From: Planctomycetota bacterium
GTDB taxonomy: Bacteria; Planctomycetota; Phycisphaerae; WQYP01
Direction of reading: 5' to 3'
Length of the DNA: 64,000 nucleotides
Assembly: GCA_021805985.1 (NCBI GenBank)
Contig: JAJZDN010000011.1
Location: forward strand, 19,151 to 83,150
The notes below the pieces were generated by a model, which saw nothing but the letters and a program-made list of their open reading frames with translations, ran no database searches and was not told the origin of the DNA. The translations under genes were made by a program, and so were the position numbers. Shown in pieces: positions 11,822-21,482 of the stretch (its first letter is position 1; each line of letters begins with the position of its first letter).

Positions 11822-13972
11822 TTAATGCCGACCTTTCGGCCCGCGCTTAAATTTGGTCTGCTGCGGCTTGGCGGTGGGGCGGTTGGCCAGGCGATTGGCG
11901 ATGCCTTCATCAATGGCCGCCGCCAACGCATGCTGGTGCTGCGCGTCGTGGTCGGTATTATTTCCCCCAGCCTCCGGCGGCGAAGCCCCGGAAGGACTCT
12001 GTGCGGCAGCATGGAGTTCCTTGATTCGGTCCCGCAAATCGGCAGCCTTTTCAAATTCCAGATTGTTAGCCGCCGTGAGCATTTCCTCCTCCAGCATGCG
12101 GATCATTTCCTGCTGGTCAAATTCCGATTCTGATTCCGAGATCATTTCCCGTGCCACGCGCCGGGCCTTGAGTTCCAGTTCAATGCCATGCCGGATGGCT
12201 TTCTGAACCGTCTGCGGGGTGATGCCGTTGGCGGTGTTCCAAGCTTCCTGAATCTTGCGGCGCCGAAGTGTTTCATCAATGGCCCGCTGCATGGCGGGAG
12301 TGATCTTATCGCCATATAAAAATACTTTGGCGTCCACATTTCGCGCGCAACGACCGATCATCTGAATCAGCGATGTTTCGCTGCGCAAAAAGCCCTGCTT
12401 ATCAGCATCCATGATGGCGACCATGGAAACTTCCGGCAAATCCAGGCCTTCCCGCAGCAGATTCACGCCAATCAGGCAGTCAAAGGCGCCTTCGCGTAAT
12501 TCCCGGAGAATATCAATGCGGTCAAATGTTTGTATTTCGCTGTGTAAATATTTACTGCGCAATCCTGCCTGCCCCAGATAGTGCGATAAATCCTCAGCCA
12601 GCCGCTTGGTCAGCGTTGTTACCAGGGTCCGCTGGCCATTTTGGGCCCGAAGTTTTGCTTCTTCCAGTAAATCGGCCACTTGTCCCTGTGCGGGCCGCAC
12701 TTCAATAACCGGATCAATCAGGCCGGTGGGCCGGATAATTTGTTCCACCACTTCCCCGCCAGTGAGTTCCAACTCATATTTGGCCGGTGTGGCAGATACA
12801 AACAGCACCTGGTTCCACATACCCGCAAATTCTTCAAAGCGCATCGGGCGGTTGTCCAGGGCCGAGGGTAAACGGAATCCATGTTCTACCAGCACTTCTT
12901 TGCGGTGGCGATCGGCGGAATACATGGCGTTGATCTGCGGAATGGTCACGTGCGATTCGTCAATCATCAGGATGTAATCCTTAGGGAAATAATCAACCAG
13001 CGTGGATGGCTTGGCCCCCGGCGCAGAGCCGGAAATGTGGCGGGAGTAATTCTCAATTCCCTGGCAAAACCCTGCCTCCAGCATCATTTCCATATCATAT
13101 TTGGTGCGGGCAAAGAGACGCTGGGCTTCCAGGAGTTTACCCTGTTGCCGCAGTTCCCGGCACCGTTGTTCGAGTTCCTGCTGAATATCGTGAACGGCAC
13201 GCACCATCGTGCTGTCATCGGCGACATAATGTTTGGCAGGAAACACAAACGCTGTAGCTTCTTCCGTAAGCCGCTCACCGCTGACGGGGTGGATATGCCA
13301 GATGGATTCAATGTCATCACCGAACATTTCCAGACGCAAGGCGGTGATTTCATACGCCGGAAATATTTCAATCACATCGCCGCGCACGCGAAATGTCCCA
13401 CGCTTAAATTCAATATCATTACGTTCATACTGCACGTCTATAAGTGCCCGCAAAAGTTCTTCCCGGCCCAGGGCCGCTCCGCGCTGCAGGGAGATAACCT
13501 TCTTTTTATATTGTTCCGGCGAGCCTAAACCGAATATACAACTCACGGAGGCTACCACCATCACATCCCGGCGGCTTATCAGAGCACTGGTGGTAGCTAA
13601 GCGCAAGCGGTCCAGATCATCGTTGCGCGCGGCATCTTTTTCAATGTAAATATCGCGCTGCGGAATATAGGCTTCCGGTTGATAGTAGTCATAGTAGCTG
13701 ACAAAATAATTGACCGCATTGTGCGGTAGAATCTCGCGAAATTCTTCATACAGTTGTGCGGCCAGCGTTTTGTTATGACTAACCACCAGCACGGGGCGGT
13801 TGAGTTGTGCGGCGACATGGGCCATGGTAAACGTCTTACCCGACCCCGTCACACCCATGAGAACCTGATATTTTTCCCCAGCGGAAAACGCTCGAGTAAT
13901 TTTTTCAATAGCCTGCGGCTGATCGCCCGTGGGCTTGAATGGGCTTTCAATTCTGTATTCCTGTACGGCCAT
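11822..13972 (-). CDS. uvrB: Excinuclease ABC subunit B
   Basis: PTGDQPQAI, GVTGSGKTFT, HNKTLAAQLY, YFVSYYDYYQPEAY, DESHVT, INLLREGLDLPEV, GRCARN, C-terminal UVR domain. Confidence 0.98.
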   Translation of the reverse strand: MAVQEYRIESPFKPTGDQPQAIEKITRAFSAGEKYQVLMGVTGSGKTFTMAHVAAQLNRPVLVVSHNKTLAAQLYEEFREILPHNAVNYFVSYYDYYQPEAYIPQRDIYIEKDAARNDDLDRLRLATTSALISRRDVMVVASVSCIFGLGSPEQYKKKVISLQRGAALGREELLRALIDVQYERNDIEFKRGTFRVRGDVIEIFPAYEITALRLEMFGDDIESIWHIHPVSGERLTEEATAFVFPAKHYVADDSTMVRAVHDIQQELEQRCRELRQQGKLLEAQRLFARTKYDMEMMLEAGFCQGIENYSRHISGSAPGAKPSTLVDYFPKDYILMIDESHVTIPQINAMYSADRHRKEVLVEHGFRLPSALDNRPMRFEEFAGMWNQVLFVSATPAKYELELTGGEVVEQIIRPTGLIDPVIEVRPAQGQVADLLEEAKLRAQNGQRTLVTTLTKRLAEDLSHYLGQAGLRSKYLHSEIQTFDRIDILRELREGAFDCLIGVNLLREGLDLPEVSMVAIMDADKQGFLRSETSLIQMIGRCARNVDAKVFLYGDKITPAMQRAIDETLRRRKIQEAWNTANGITPQTVQKAIRHGIELELKARRVAREMISESESEFDQQEMIRMLEEEMLTAANNLEFEKAADLRDRIKELHAAAQSPSGASPPEAGGNNTDHDAQHQHALAAAIDEGIANRLANRPTAKPQQTKFKRGPKGRH

Positions 13973-14083
13973 AGCGCATTTCCCAAAGCTTATCCAACCA
14001 ACATTATAGCAGCGCCCAGGACAGTTGCAGCAGGGGATGGGTTGAGGTTACAGGGGACAGATTACAGAGGCATGTGCCACAAA

Positions 14084-14104
14084 GCCGCCGGCTATGCCGG
14101 CGGT
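14084..14104. repeat. REP-like palindrome, copy 1
   Basis: GCCGCCGGC-TAT-GCCGGCGGT. Near-identical copies at 26944 and 41128. Confidence 0.75.
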
Positions 14105-14197
14105 GGAACCTGCTGGAAATATCCCGTAACCGATAATCTGATCCGGCCGTATGCTGCGATGTGAGACTGCCTGATTCAAGGCCACATTGAAAATGGA

Positions 14198-14431
14198 TTA
14201 GTTTCCGATTTTACCGCGCATGGCGCGAATGGCGCACCAGCTGTTGGCCGCTTGAAAAAGCAATGCCGCGGCGGCCACGGTGCAACCGGCGGTGGGCCAC
14301 CACAGCCAATTCCATCCGGTCAGCCAGGCTGCCAGAGCCAATAGGATCGCCAAGAGCATGATCAGCGTGCCGATGGTTCCGCGGACGCTGGATCCCTGGG
14401 CGTCAATATTGCATGCCAATTTCATTTTCAT
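14198..14431 (-). CDS. Small membrane protein, YgaP/DUF2892-like
   Basis: CNIDAQG..RGTIG followed by two hydrophobic helices and FQAANSWCAIRAMRGK. Confidence 0.65.
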   Translation of the reverse strand: MKMKLACNIDAQGSSVRGTIGTLIMLLAILLALAAWLTGWNWLWWPTAGCTVAAAALLFQAANSWCAIRAMRGKIGN

Positions 14432-14446
14432 TCCTGTTACGTAGCG

Positions 14447-16480
14447 TCACGGCACTGAGGCACTTCCCGGCAGCGCCACCAATGACTTACCGCCCGCCAC
14501 TATTTTAACCTTTAATACTGCCGCTTGCGATGCCGGCACGCATAGTCCCTGCGCGCCATCTGTGCAGTAAGCATAATATACTTTAACCTGCCAGGGTAAA
14601 AGCCTGTCCGCTTTTGCCATCGCCAAGGTGGCCGGCGTGATGTTGAAGTTTACAGGAATTTTGCCGTGGGCATTAACCGATTCTTCGGCGATAACATGTG
14701 AGCCGCTGGTGATGCGCAAACTAATTGGAATATCCGGAGTTAAGTGCGTTAAGGGAGGCAGCTTCGGATTAAATTGCAGCGTAAGTGTTTTAGCAGGATC
14801 CACCCGCACGGCTAAGGCTGGTCCACTCGGAGCCGATGTTACGCGCGATGCGATATGCACCGGTGCCTGCGGCGGAGTCAGGCCGGTAATAACTAATTGG
14901 TGCCAAGTTTTGGTAACAGCATCCATTTCGACAATCCGCTGGTTGTTGGTATCGGCGATAAAAATATCATGTCCGGACACGTTCAGGCCGCCCGGTTCAT
15001 TAAGTTTCAACGGGCCGCCGGGGTGGCCGGTTCCGGGTTTACCGTCGCCGGCATAGGTTGAAACCATCCGAGTCACTGGGTTAATAAGCCGCAATTTGTC
15101 GTTGTAAGTGTCGGCCACAAGAATATTGTGCCCCAGCATTGCTACACCTAAATCATGTTGCAGCAACGCTGTATTCGGGCCGCCATCTTTATCGCCGAAA
15201 TCAAACAATCCATGCCCGATCACGGTGAACACTTTCATGGTTTTCAGATTCAATCCGCGAACGGCACTATTTTCACTATCCGCAAAATACAGAATATTGC
15301 CGTGCAGCACCAGGCCCGATGGTTGCGCCAGCATCGCCTGATCGGCGGGGCCGTTTTGCAGTCCTTCGCCGCCGGTACCCGCTAATGCCGAAGCCCGATG
15401 CGTGAGCAGATTTTCGGTCCATAGCTGATGCTCGCCAGCCATTGCAATGTAAAGTGTATGGCCGCGGGCTGCCAAATCCCATGGCGAATTAATTCCCTGC
15501 TGCGTTCCAATGCCGCCGCCGGTGGTATCGTAAACCTCGTGTCCGTTTCCCAGCACCGTGGAAACGTTGCCCGTTTGTAAATTGATCTTGCGGATGTATT
15601 CCCCCATCGTGTCCGCCACATACAAAGCACCATGATCCACCGCCATCCCCTGCGGCGCATCAAACTCCGCCTGCTTAGCCGGGCCGTCCACGTGACCGCG
15701 TCGGCTATTGCCGTATATTGCGACAAGCTTGCAGTGGCCCAGTGCATCAGGCCATGTAGTTTCGACAATTCGATTGTGGCCCGTATCGGCAACAAGCAGG
15801 CGGTGAATTTTTGAATCCGCAATAATTTTTCCCGGAAACAGCAACCCGCTGGCGGACACCAGCGTGTGCTGCACAGGCAGATTCAGCCCGTGTGCCGCCA
15901 GCGTGCCGGCCTTGCGGTCGGCAGCAATTGTTTTTGCAATAACCCGCTTAAGCGAGCGGTAGCCGGCTTCGCCAGCCACCGAGCCAACTTCATGGCCTGA
16001 AGCATCCACCAGCACCAATGTCGGCCAGGCATTTACGCCGTACATATTCCATATCGTCATGTGCTGATCAACCACCACCGGGTTAGTAATGCCATAACGC
16101 AGCACCGCATCCCGCACGTGCGATGCGATTGCCTCATTGGTGAACTTGGCGCTTTCTACACCAATAATTTCAAAGGGCTCTTTGGCAAAATGATGCAAAA
16201 GCCGCTCTTCTGTTGGAATTAGGTGAATGCAGTTAATGCACCCATAAGTCCAAAAATCCAACAGCACCACCTGACCCTTCAACTGATGTTGAAAGCTTAG
16301 CGGTTCGGGCGTGTTGATCCATGTATAATCAGCCGGAAAATCCGGGGCCTTTATTCCCGTTGCCGCATCACCGAGCACCGGATTATTATTGGCGGTAAAA
16401 AAATTGTAGGTAAGCAATCCGACGCCGGCCAGGCCCAGGAACATCACCGCGGTTAACACACGATTCGCTTTGCTATACAT
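14447..16480 (-). CDS. Exported thioredoxin-like plus NHL-repeat protein (NHLRC2-like architecture)
   Basis: LLDFWTYGCINC, AWPTLVLVD, several NHL repeats (ADTGHNRI, PQGMAV, SPWDL, QPSGL, ADTYNDKLR, EPGGL). N-terminal TM segment. Start moved to MYSK (16480). Confidence 0.88.
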   Translation of the reverse strand: MYSKANRVLTAVMFLGLAGVGLLTYNFFTANNNPVLGDAATGIKAPDFPADYTWINTPEPLSFQHQLKGQVVLLDFWTYGCINCIHLIPTEERLLHHFAKEPFEIIGVESAKFTNEAIASHVRDAVLRYGITNPVVVDQHMTIWNMYGVNAWPTLVLVDASGHEVGSVAGEAGYRSLKRVIAKTIAADRKAGTLAAHGLNLPVQHTLVSASGLLFPGKIIADSKIHRLLVADTGHNRIVETTWPDALGHCKLVAIYGNSRRGHVDGPAKQAEFDAPQGMAVDHGALYVADTMGEYIRKINLQTGNVSTVLGNGHEVYDTTGGGIGTQQGINSPWDLAARGHTLYIAMAGEHQLWTENLLTHRASALAGTGGEGLQNGPADQAMLAQPSGLVLHGNILYFADSENSAVRGLNLKTMKVFTVIGHGLFDFGDKDGGPNTALLQHDLGVAMLGHNILVADTYNDKLRLINPVTRMVSTYAGDGKPGTGHPGGPLKLNEPGGLNVSGHDIFIADTNNQRIVEMDAVTKTWHQLVITGLTPPQAPVHIASRVTSAPSGPALAVRVDPAKTLTLQFNPKLPPLTHLTPDIPISLRITSGSHVIAEESVNAHGKIPVNFNITPATLAMAKADRLLPWQVKVYYAYCTDGAQGLCVPASQAAVLKVKIVAGGKSLVALPGSASVP

Positions 16481-16632
16481 AACCGTCCATCCTGGTAAAA
16501 GCCGACCCAGTTCAGGCAATCAACAAGCCCGCAGGCGCTGCTTATTATACGCAGACGCGCTGGGTCACGGATGTTTGGTCGTGTAAATTCTTACAGTCTT
16601 ACACAGGCCGTTAGTGTGCTGGCCTAAGTGCC

Positions 16633-17187
16633 CTATGCTCCGGCTCGTTGCGCGGGCACCGCCGGATGTTCATGAACGGCCCGCATATCACCTGCGGTGC
16701 TGCAATCCAGATACAGGCTGAAAACTTCGGGTATTGCGACAATGCCGTTACCTTTAAGAATCTGTGAGCTGTGTTGCAGCATCAATGGCCAGATCGCTTT
16801 ACGGTCTGATTCCGGAATAGGGCGCCGGGCAACTTCGGCAATTGGTACCCATTCCAGTCGCCCTTCAGGAATTTCCAACTCGGTCAATGTGATGCTGCGG
16901 ACAACTTCAAAACAGAACATCAACCAATGCGTGGCTCCTTCGTAGGCCTTTTCCGCCACAAGGCCGCAAAGTCGAATATCGCTGTATTCCAACGCCAAGC
17001 CTATTTCCTCTTGTACCTCCCGAATCGCGCACTGATAAGGCGACTCGCCGATGCCCCGTTCCAGCTTCCCACCGATGGGGGAGTACAACCCCTGATTGGG
17101 TGCCTTTTTACGGTGCAAAAGCAACGTATTTCCGCGCTCGTCAAAAATGTACACCAAAGTCGCAATTTTGTAGGGTAGTTCATCCAC
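16633..17187 (-). CDS. NUDIX hydrolase
   Basis: Nudix box GGKLERGIGESPYQCAIREVQEEIGL. Probable GTG start at 17187. Confidence 0.85.
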   Translation of the reverse strand: MDELPYKIATLVYIFDERGNTLLLHRKKAPNQGLYSPIGGKLERGIGESPYQCAIREVQEEIGLALEYSDIRLCGLVAEKAYEGATHWLMFCFEVVRSITLTELEIPEGRLEWVPIAEVARRPIPESDRKAIWPLMLQHSSQILKGNGIVAIPEVFSLYLDCSTAGDMRAVHEHPAVPAQRAGA

Positions 17188-17441
17188 GGCAATGCCTTCC
17201 TGAAGATCCCGTTGAATGCTTCTCCGCCGCCGGTCGGCAGTCAACGCGCTATATCCTGCAGGCAACCCAACTATCTTGCAAGGCTTGGACTTTCATGCTT
17301 GGACTTTCATGAGGGCACAACACTATTTCCACTAATCACCCATGGCGTTGCGACCGCATCGCGGGCAAGACAACCGCGCCGTTCCCCATAGTCATTTACG
17401 TGGTGCGTGGTTAAACGCACCACCTGAATAAAAACACGTGA

Positions 17442-19385
17442 CTATGGCGCATGTCCTGTTGCAGCGACTCTGTTTAAATACAATTTGTATGGTGCGCTAG
17501 AGCGTCCGGAAGGATCAATGGCGACACTGCGGATGACTACCGCCTTGCCGTATGTTAGGGGCACAGCAATGGCTTGGTTGTAGGGGGCTGAATGGGAATC
17601 AGGAATCAGGCCATTGCGGGTGTAGTAAATTTTTGCTCCCGGCACCGGATCAGTGATACGCACAGAGCCGGTGGGAGAAGTGGTGACAATTTCCACTGTG
17701 TTCCGGGCGGGAATGCGGGTAACAGTGGTGGAGGTGCCGCTGTCACCTGTGAAATGCAACGACGGTGGCGGAATGCGGAAGTTATAGTGATTGGCCTGCA
17801 ACCAGAGATACTGCCGGGCGGTGCGCTTAACAAAATCGGAATAATGCTGATCTTTTTTCGGTGTCCAACTGATTTCCGCCAGGGCCATTTCCCGCGGCAG
17901 GATCTGATAAAACAAATGGTGCGCGGAGGTAATGGCCTCGGTCCACACGCAGGCCTCGGTGCCCAGAATCCGTTGGCGCAATGTCTTGGGTAGCAGAGTA
18001 GCTGGATTAAAATTATAAGTTTGTCGTAACGTATTAACCAAACCGACTGCATGGGGTTCATACTTGCGATACCCCTGGCAAAAGTTGAAATAAAGTCTGA
18101 GTTCGTTCGCGACAATCACATCATGGCCCAGGCGGGCGTCCTTGAGAACAATACTCGAACTGTTCCAGGTCCAGCATTCGATCACCGCGCTCTTTGGCAG
18201 ATACTCAGCGGGCACATCATTCCAAACCACAGCCCTCCGCCCTTTGGACGCCAAAAACCGGGCTAACCTGCGCGCAAAATAGCCATGGACCTGATCCAGC
18301 GTCCAGTGTCGCTGCTGCATGAGTTTTTCCGCTGCCGAATTGTGCAGCCATGCCTGCTGAGCGACTTCATCGCCTCCCAGATGGATGAACCGGCTTGGAA
18401 ACAACGTCGTTAGATCCCCGAAGACAGTGGTGAGAAATTTGAAAGTTCTGGCATCCGGCGACAGGGTATCGACCTGCGGCATAGCGGCCAGCCACGGATA
18501 GGACGCAATCGCAGCCCAGCTATGTCCGGGGATGTCTATTTCCGGAACCACTGTTACATAGCGCCGGTGCGCGTAGGCGACAATCTGGCTGATCTGGGCG
18601 TCTGTGTAATAGCCCCCATAGCGCGGCCCATTATTCTTGGCCGGAGGCCCAATCAAGGGGCTGGAACCTGGCCGCCATGCGCCAATTTTTGTGAGATTCG
18701 GGTATTGCGGGATTTCAATACGCCACCCTTGGTCATCAGTAAGGTGCCAGTGAAACATATTCAGCTTGTAATGTGCCGCCACACGAATAAATTTCTCCAC
18801 CACAGGCACGGGAAAAAAATGACGCACGCAATCCAGCATGATGCCGCGCCAGCGATAGCGTGGCCAATCGGTAATTGAAACTTCGTGAATGGCATTATCC
18901 GAGGGCTTGGCCGGGTTAAATAGCTGCTCAAATGTTTGCAGGGCGTAAAACAGGCCATGGCCTGCATTGGCGGTCAGCGCCGCACCGTGGCTGGAAATGT
19001 TCAGCTGGTAGCCCTCCGGGCCAAGTTGTGTATCGGCAGCCGTGGTGGAAAGTGTGATTTGGGCCGGGCCGGTGGCAACGATTTTTGCGGCAATGCCACG
19101 GTGTTTCAAAAAGCGTTGCAAAAAGCGGGCAACATCGCGTTGCGCTGGGTTATCAGCGGCGATGCGGACAGCATCAGGGATGTGCCATCTGGCTTCGTAT
19201 GCGGTGATGTGGCGGGGCAGCGGTATCAGACCAAGTTTATAAACGGGAAAAGTGTTGGGGTGCTCTGCCGCTTGGGTGATTCCTCCGGTGCTAGTCAAAG
19301 CCAGCAGGACGCCCAGCAGAACCAAGCTGCGCCTGTAAGGCTTAAGTAACACCCGCAACATCTTGCGCCGATGGGCCATGCACAT
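17442..19385 (-). CDS. GH20 beta-N-acetylhexosaminidase, paralogue 2, with C-terminal Fn3/chitobiase-type domain
   Basis: DWPRYRWRGIMLDCVRHF, FHWHLTDDQGWR, PEIDIPGH, catalytic HLGGDE, C-terminal IYYTRNGLIP. Start uncertain (19385/19379/19361). Confidence 0.92.
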   Translation of the reverse strand: MCMAHRRKMLRVLLKPYRRSLVLLGVLLALTSTGGITQAAEHPNTFPVYKLGLIPLPRHITAYEARWHIPDAVRIAADNPAQRDVARFLQRFLKHRGIAAKIVATGPAQITLSTTAADTQLGPEGYQLNISSHGAALTANAGHGLFYALQTFEQLFNPAKPSDNAIHEVSITDWPRYRWRGIMLDCVRHFFPVPVVEKFIRVAAHYKLNMFHWHLTDDQGWRIEIPQYPNLTKIGAWRPGSSPLIGPPAKNNGPRYGGYYTDAQISQIVAYAHRRYVTVVPEIDIPGHSWAAIASYPWLAAMPQVDTLSPDARTFKFLTTVFGDLTTLFPSRFIHLGGDEVAQQAWLHNSAAEKLMQQRHWTLDQVHGYFARRLARFLASKGRRAVVWNDVPAEYLPKSAVIECWTWNSSSIVLKDARLGHDVIVANELRLYFNFCQGYRKYEPHAVGLVNTLRQTYNFNPATLLPKTLRQRILGTEACVWTEAITSAHHLFYQILPREMALAEISWTPKKDQHYSDFVKRTARQYLWLQANHYNFRIPPPSLHFTGDSGTSTTVTRIPARNTVEIVTTSPTGSVRITDPVPGAKIYYTRNGLIPDSHSAPYNQAIAVPLTYGKAVVIRSVAIDPSGRSSAPYKLYLNRVAATGHAP

Positions 19386-19555
19386 GCGTTTGAAACATGT
19401 TTCACTCTGCGGCGTGACGTTGTACGGGGCCTGGCGCCCATGCGACGCCATGGACAAACACGCCATGCCTCGCAGGCCTACCAAGAGATCCATTTGAGGT
19501 GTTGTGTCTAATGTCGTCATTTTTGCTCCTATTCCACGCGGGTCCGCTGCACGTA

Positions 19556-21472
19556 TCAGCGGTGTATATTCCATTGAACCAATAATTTCGAGGGCGGGCT
19601 GGATTGCCCGAAAGTACAAGTTGCCACACTTCGGATAACCACTGGCTTGCCAGGCATACACTGCACGTGAATCGGGCCCGTGTACCGTGTGGATTTCGTG
19701 CCAGGAATTAATCCATTGAGCGTGTAGTAAATGACTGTGCCGGGTACCGGATCAGTCATACGTATCACGGCGGCAGGTAACGCGCACTGTATATTCATCG
19801 CGTTATGGCTGGGATCGCGAGTGCCGGTGAATGGGCCGCCGTTATCGGTGAAATGGAACGACGGCGGTGGAATGCGGAAGTTATAGTGATTGGCCCGCAA
19901 CCAGAGATACTGTCGGGCGGTGCGTTGAACAAAATCGGAATAATGCTGATCTTTTTTCGGTGTCCAACTGATTTCCGCCAGAGCCATTTCCCGCGGCAGG
20001 AGCTGATAAAACAAATGGTGGGCCGTGGGAATGGCCTCCGACCATAAACAGGCTTCGGTCCCCAACAGCTCTGGCCGCAGTGGCTTAGGCAGCAACGAGG
20101 ATGGATTAAAAGCATAAACGTCCCGTAGAGTGTCAACGGATCCGACCGGATAGCGCTCATATTTGGGGTCACCCTGACAAAAGTTCAGATAGAGATTGGA
20201 TTCATCGGCGACAATAACATCATGGCCCAGGCTGGCATCCTTCCGGACAATGCTGGAACTGTCCCAGCATTCCACCGCGGTTCCCTTTGGTAAACCGATC
20301 GCGGGCACATCGTTCCAAACTTCGGATCTCCGCCCTTTGGATGCCAGAAAGCGAGCCATCGTGGCAGGAAAATAATCGTGAAGTTGCTCGGCCGACCAGT
20401 GGTGTTGCCGCATAAGTTTCTCGGCCGCAGGGTCATGGGCCCAGACGCCCATGGCTTTCAGCGACACTTCATCCCCGCCGAGATGAATATATTTTCCCGG
20501 AAATAGGGCAACCAAGTCGCCAAACACGGTGTCTAGAAAACGAAACGTGCGGGCACTGGGATTTAATGGAACATTACTGATCCCCCATGTCTCCCGTACT
20601 TGAAATGGCCCCTTAGCCGCCGCCAGCCACGGATATGCCGCCAGCGCCGCCGTGCAATGGCCCGGTATATCAATTTCCGGGACAACGGTGACATAGCGCC
20701 GTCGGGCGTAGTGGACAATCTGGCGTATTTCGTTATCCGTATAAAATCCGCCGTAGCGCTGGTGGTTTATATCCTTGGGGTCGCCGTGCATTTCCGTGCC
20801 CGCCCGCCAGGCCCCGATTTTGGTCAGCAGGGGATATTGGGGAATTTCGATGCGCCAGCCCTGATCATCCGTTAAATGCCAGTGAAATACATTGAGCTTG
20901 TAATGAGCCGCGATACGAATAAATTTCTCCACCACTGGGACCGGAAAAAAATGGCGGGAACAATCCAGCAATATGCCGCGCCAGCGATAGCGCGGCCAGT
21001 CGGTAATTGAAACTTCGTGAATGGCATTATCTGACGGCTTGGCCGGATTAAATAACTGCTCAAATGTTTGAAGTGCATAAAACAGGCCCCGGCCCGTATT
21101 GGCGCTAAGGGAAGCTACGTGGTTGGAAATTTTCAGCCGATAGCCTTCTGCACCGAGTTGCCTATCATTTGCCGTGGTGGAAAGTCTGATCTGCGCAGTG
21201 CCAGAGGTGGCAAATGTTACAATAATTCCGCGACTTTTGAGAAAGCGCAGCAGTACACGCCCGGCGCGACGTTCCGCCGGATTTGCAGTCGAGACACGGA
21301 TCGTCGCCGGCACTTGCCAGGTGGCTTTATAAGCTGTGACATGGCGCGGCAGCGGAATCAGCCCCAATGCGCTTGCCGCAATTGTGGTGCTATTCTGTAG
21401 TGCTCGCACGGACGTGGTGGATAATCCCAGGACAAGCATGGTTACCGCTGGTCGAAATAATGATTGTCGCAT
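19556..21472 (-). CDS. GH20 beta-N-acetylhexosaminidase, paralogue 1
   Basis: Signal peptide, RGILLDCSRHF, HWHLTDDQGWR, PEIDIPGH, HLGGDE, IYYTLNGLIP. Confidence 0.93.
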   Translation of the reverse strand: MRQSLFRPAVTMLVLGLSTTSVRALQNSTTIAASALGLIPLPRHVTAYKATWQVPATIRVSTANPAERRAGRVLLRFLKSRGIIVTFATSGTAQIRLSTTANDRQLGAEGYRLKISNHVASLSANTGRGLFYALQTFEQLFNPAKPSDNAIHEVSITDWPRYRWRGILLDCSRHFFPVPVVEKFIRIAAHYKLNVFHWHLTDDQGWRIEIPQYPLLTKIGAWRAGTEMHGDPKDINHQRYGGFYTDNEIRQIVHYARRRYVTVVPEIDIPGHCTAALAAYPWLAAAKGPFQVRETWGISNVPLNPSARTFRFLDTVFGDLVALFPGKYIHLGGDEVSLKAMGVWAHDPAAEKLMRQHHWSAEQLHDYFPATMARFLASKGRRSEVWNDVPAIGLPKGTAVECWDSSSIVRKDASLGHDVIVADESNLYLNFCQGDPKYERYPVGSVDTLRDVYAFNPSSLLPKPLRPELLGTEACLWSEAIPTAHHLFYQLLPREMALAEISWTPKKDQHYSDFVQRTARQYLWLRANHYNFRIPPPSFHFTDNGGPFTGTRDPSHNAMNIQCALPAAVIRMTDPVPGTVIYYTLNGLIPGTKSTRYTGPIHVQCMPGKPVVIRSVATCTFGQSSPPSKLLVQWNIHR

Positions 21473-21482
21473 TCGTTACACC

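Noticed and set aside
14003-14050. glmS ribozyme-like start (ATTATAGCAGCGCCCAGGAC..AGTTG)
   Set aside because: No P1 stem or downstream core, and the gene context is wrong.
19386-19661. Overlap or frameshift joining the two GH20 genes
   Set aside because: Paralogue 1 has a complete C-terminus matching paralogue 2. The upstream extension of ORF 17442-19661 is just an open frame before the signal peptide.
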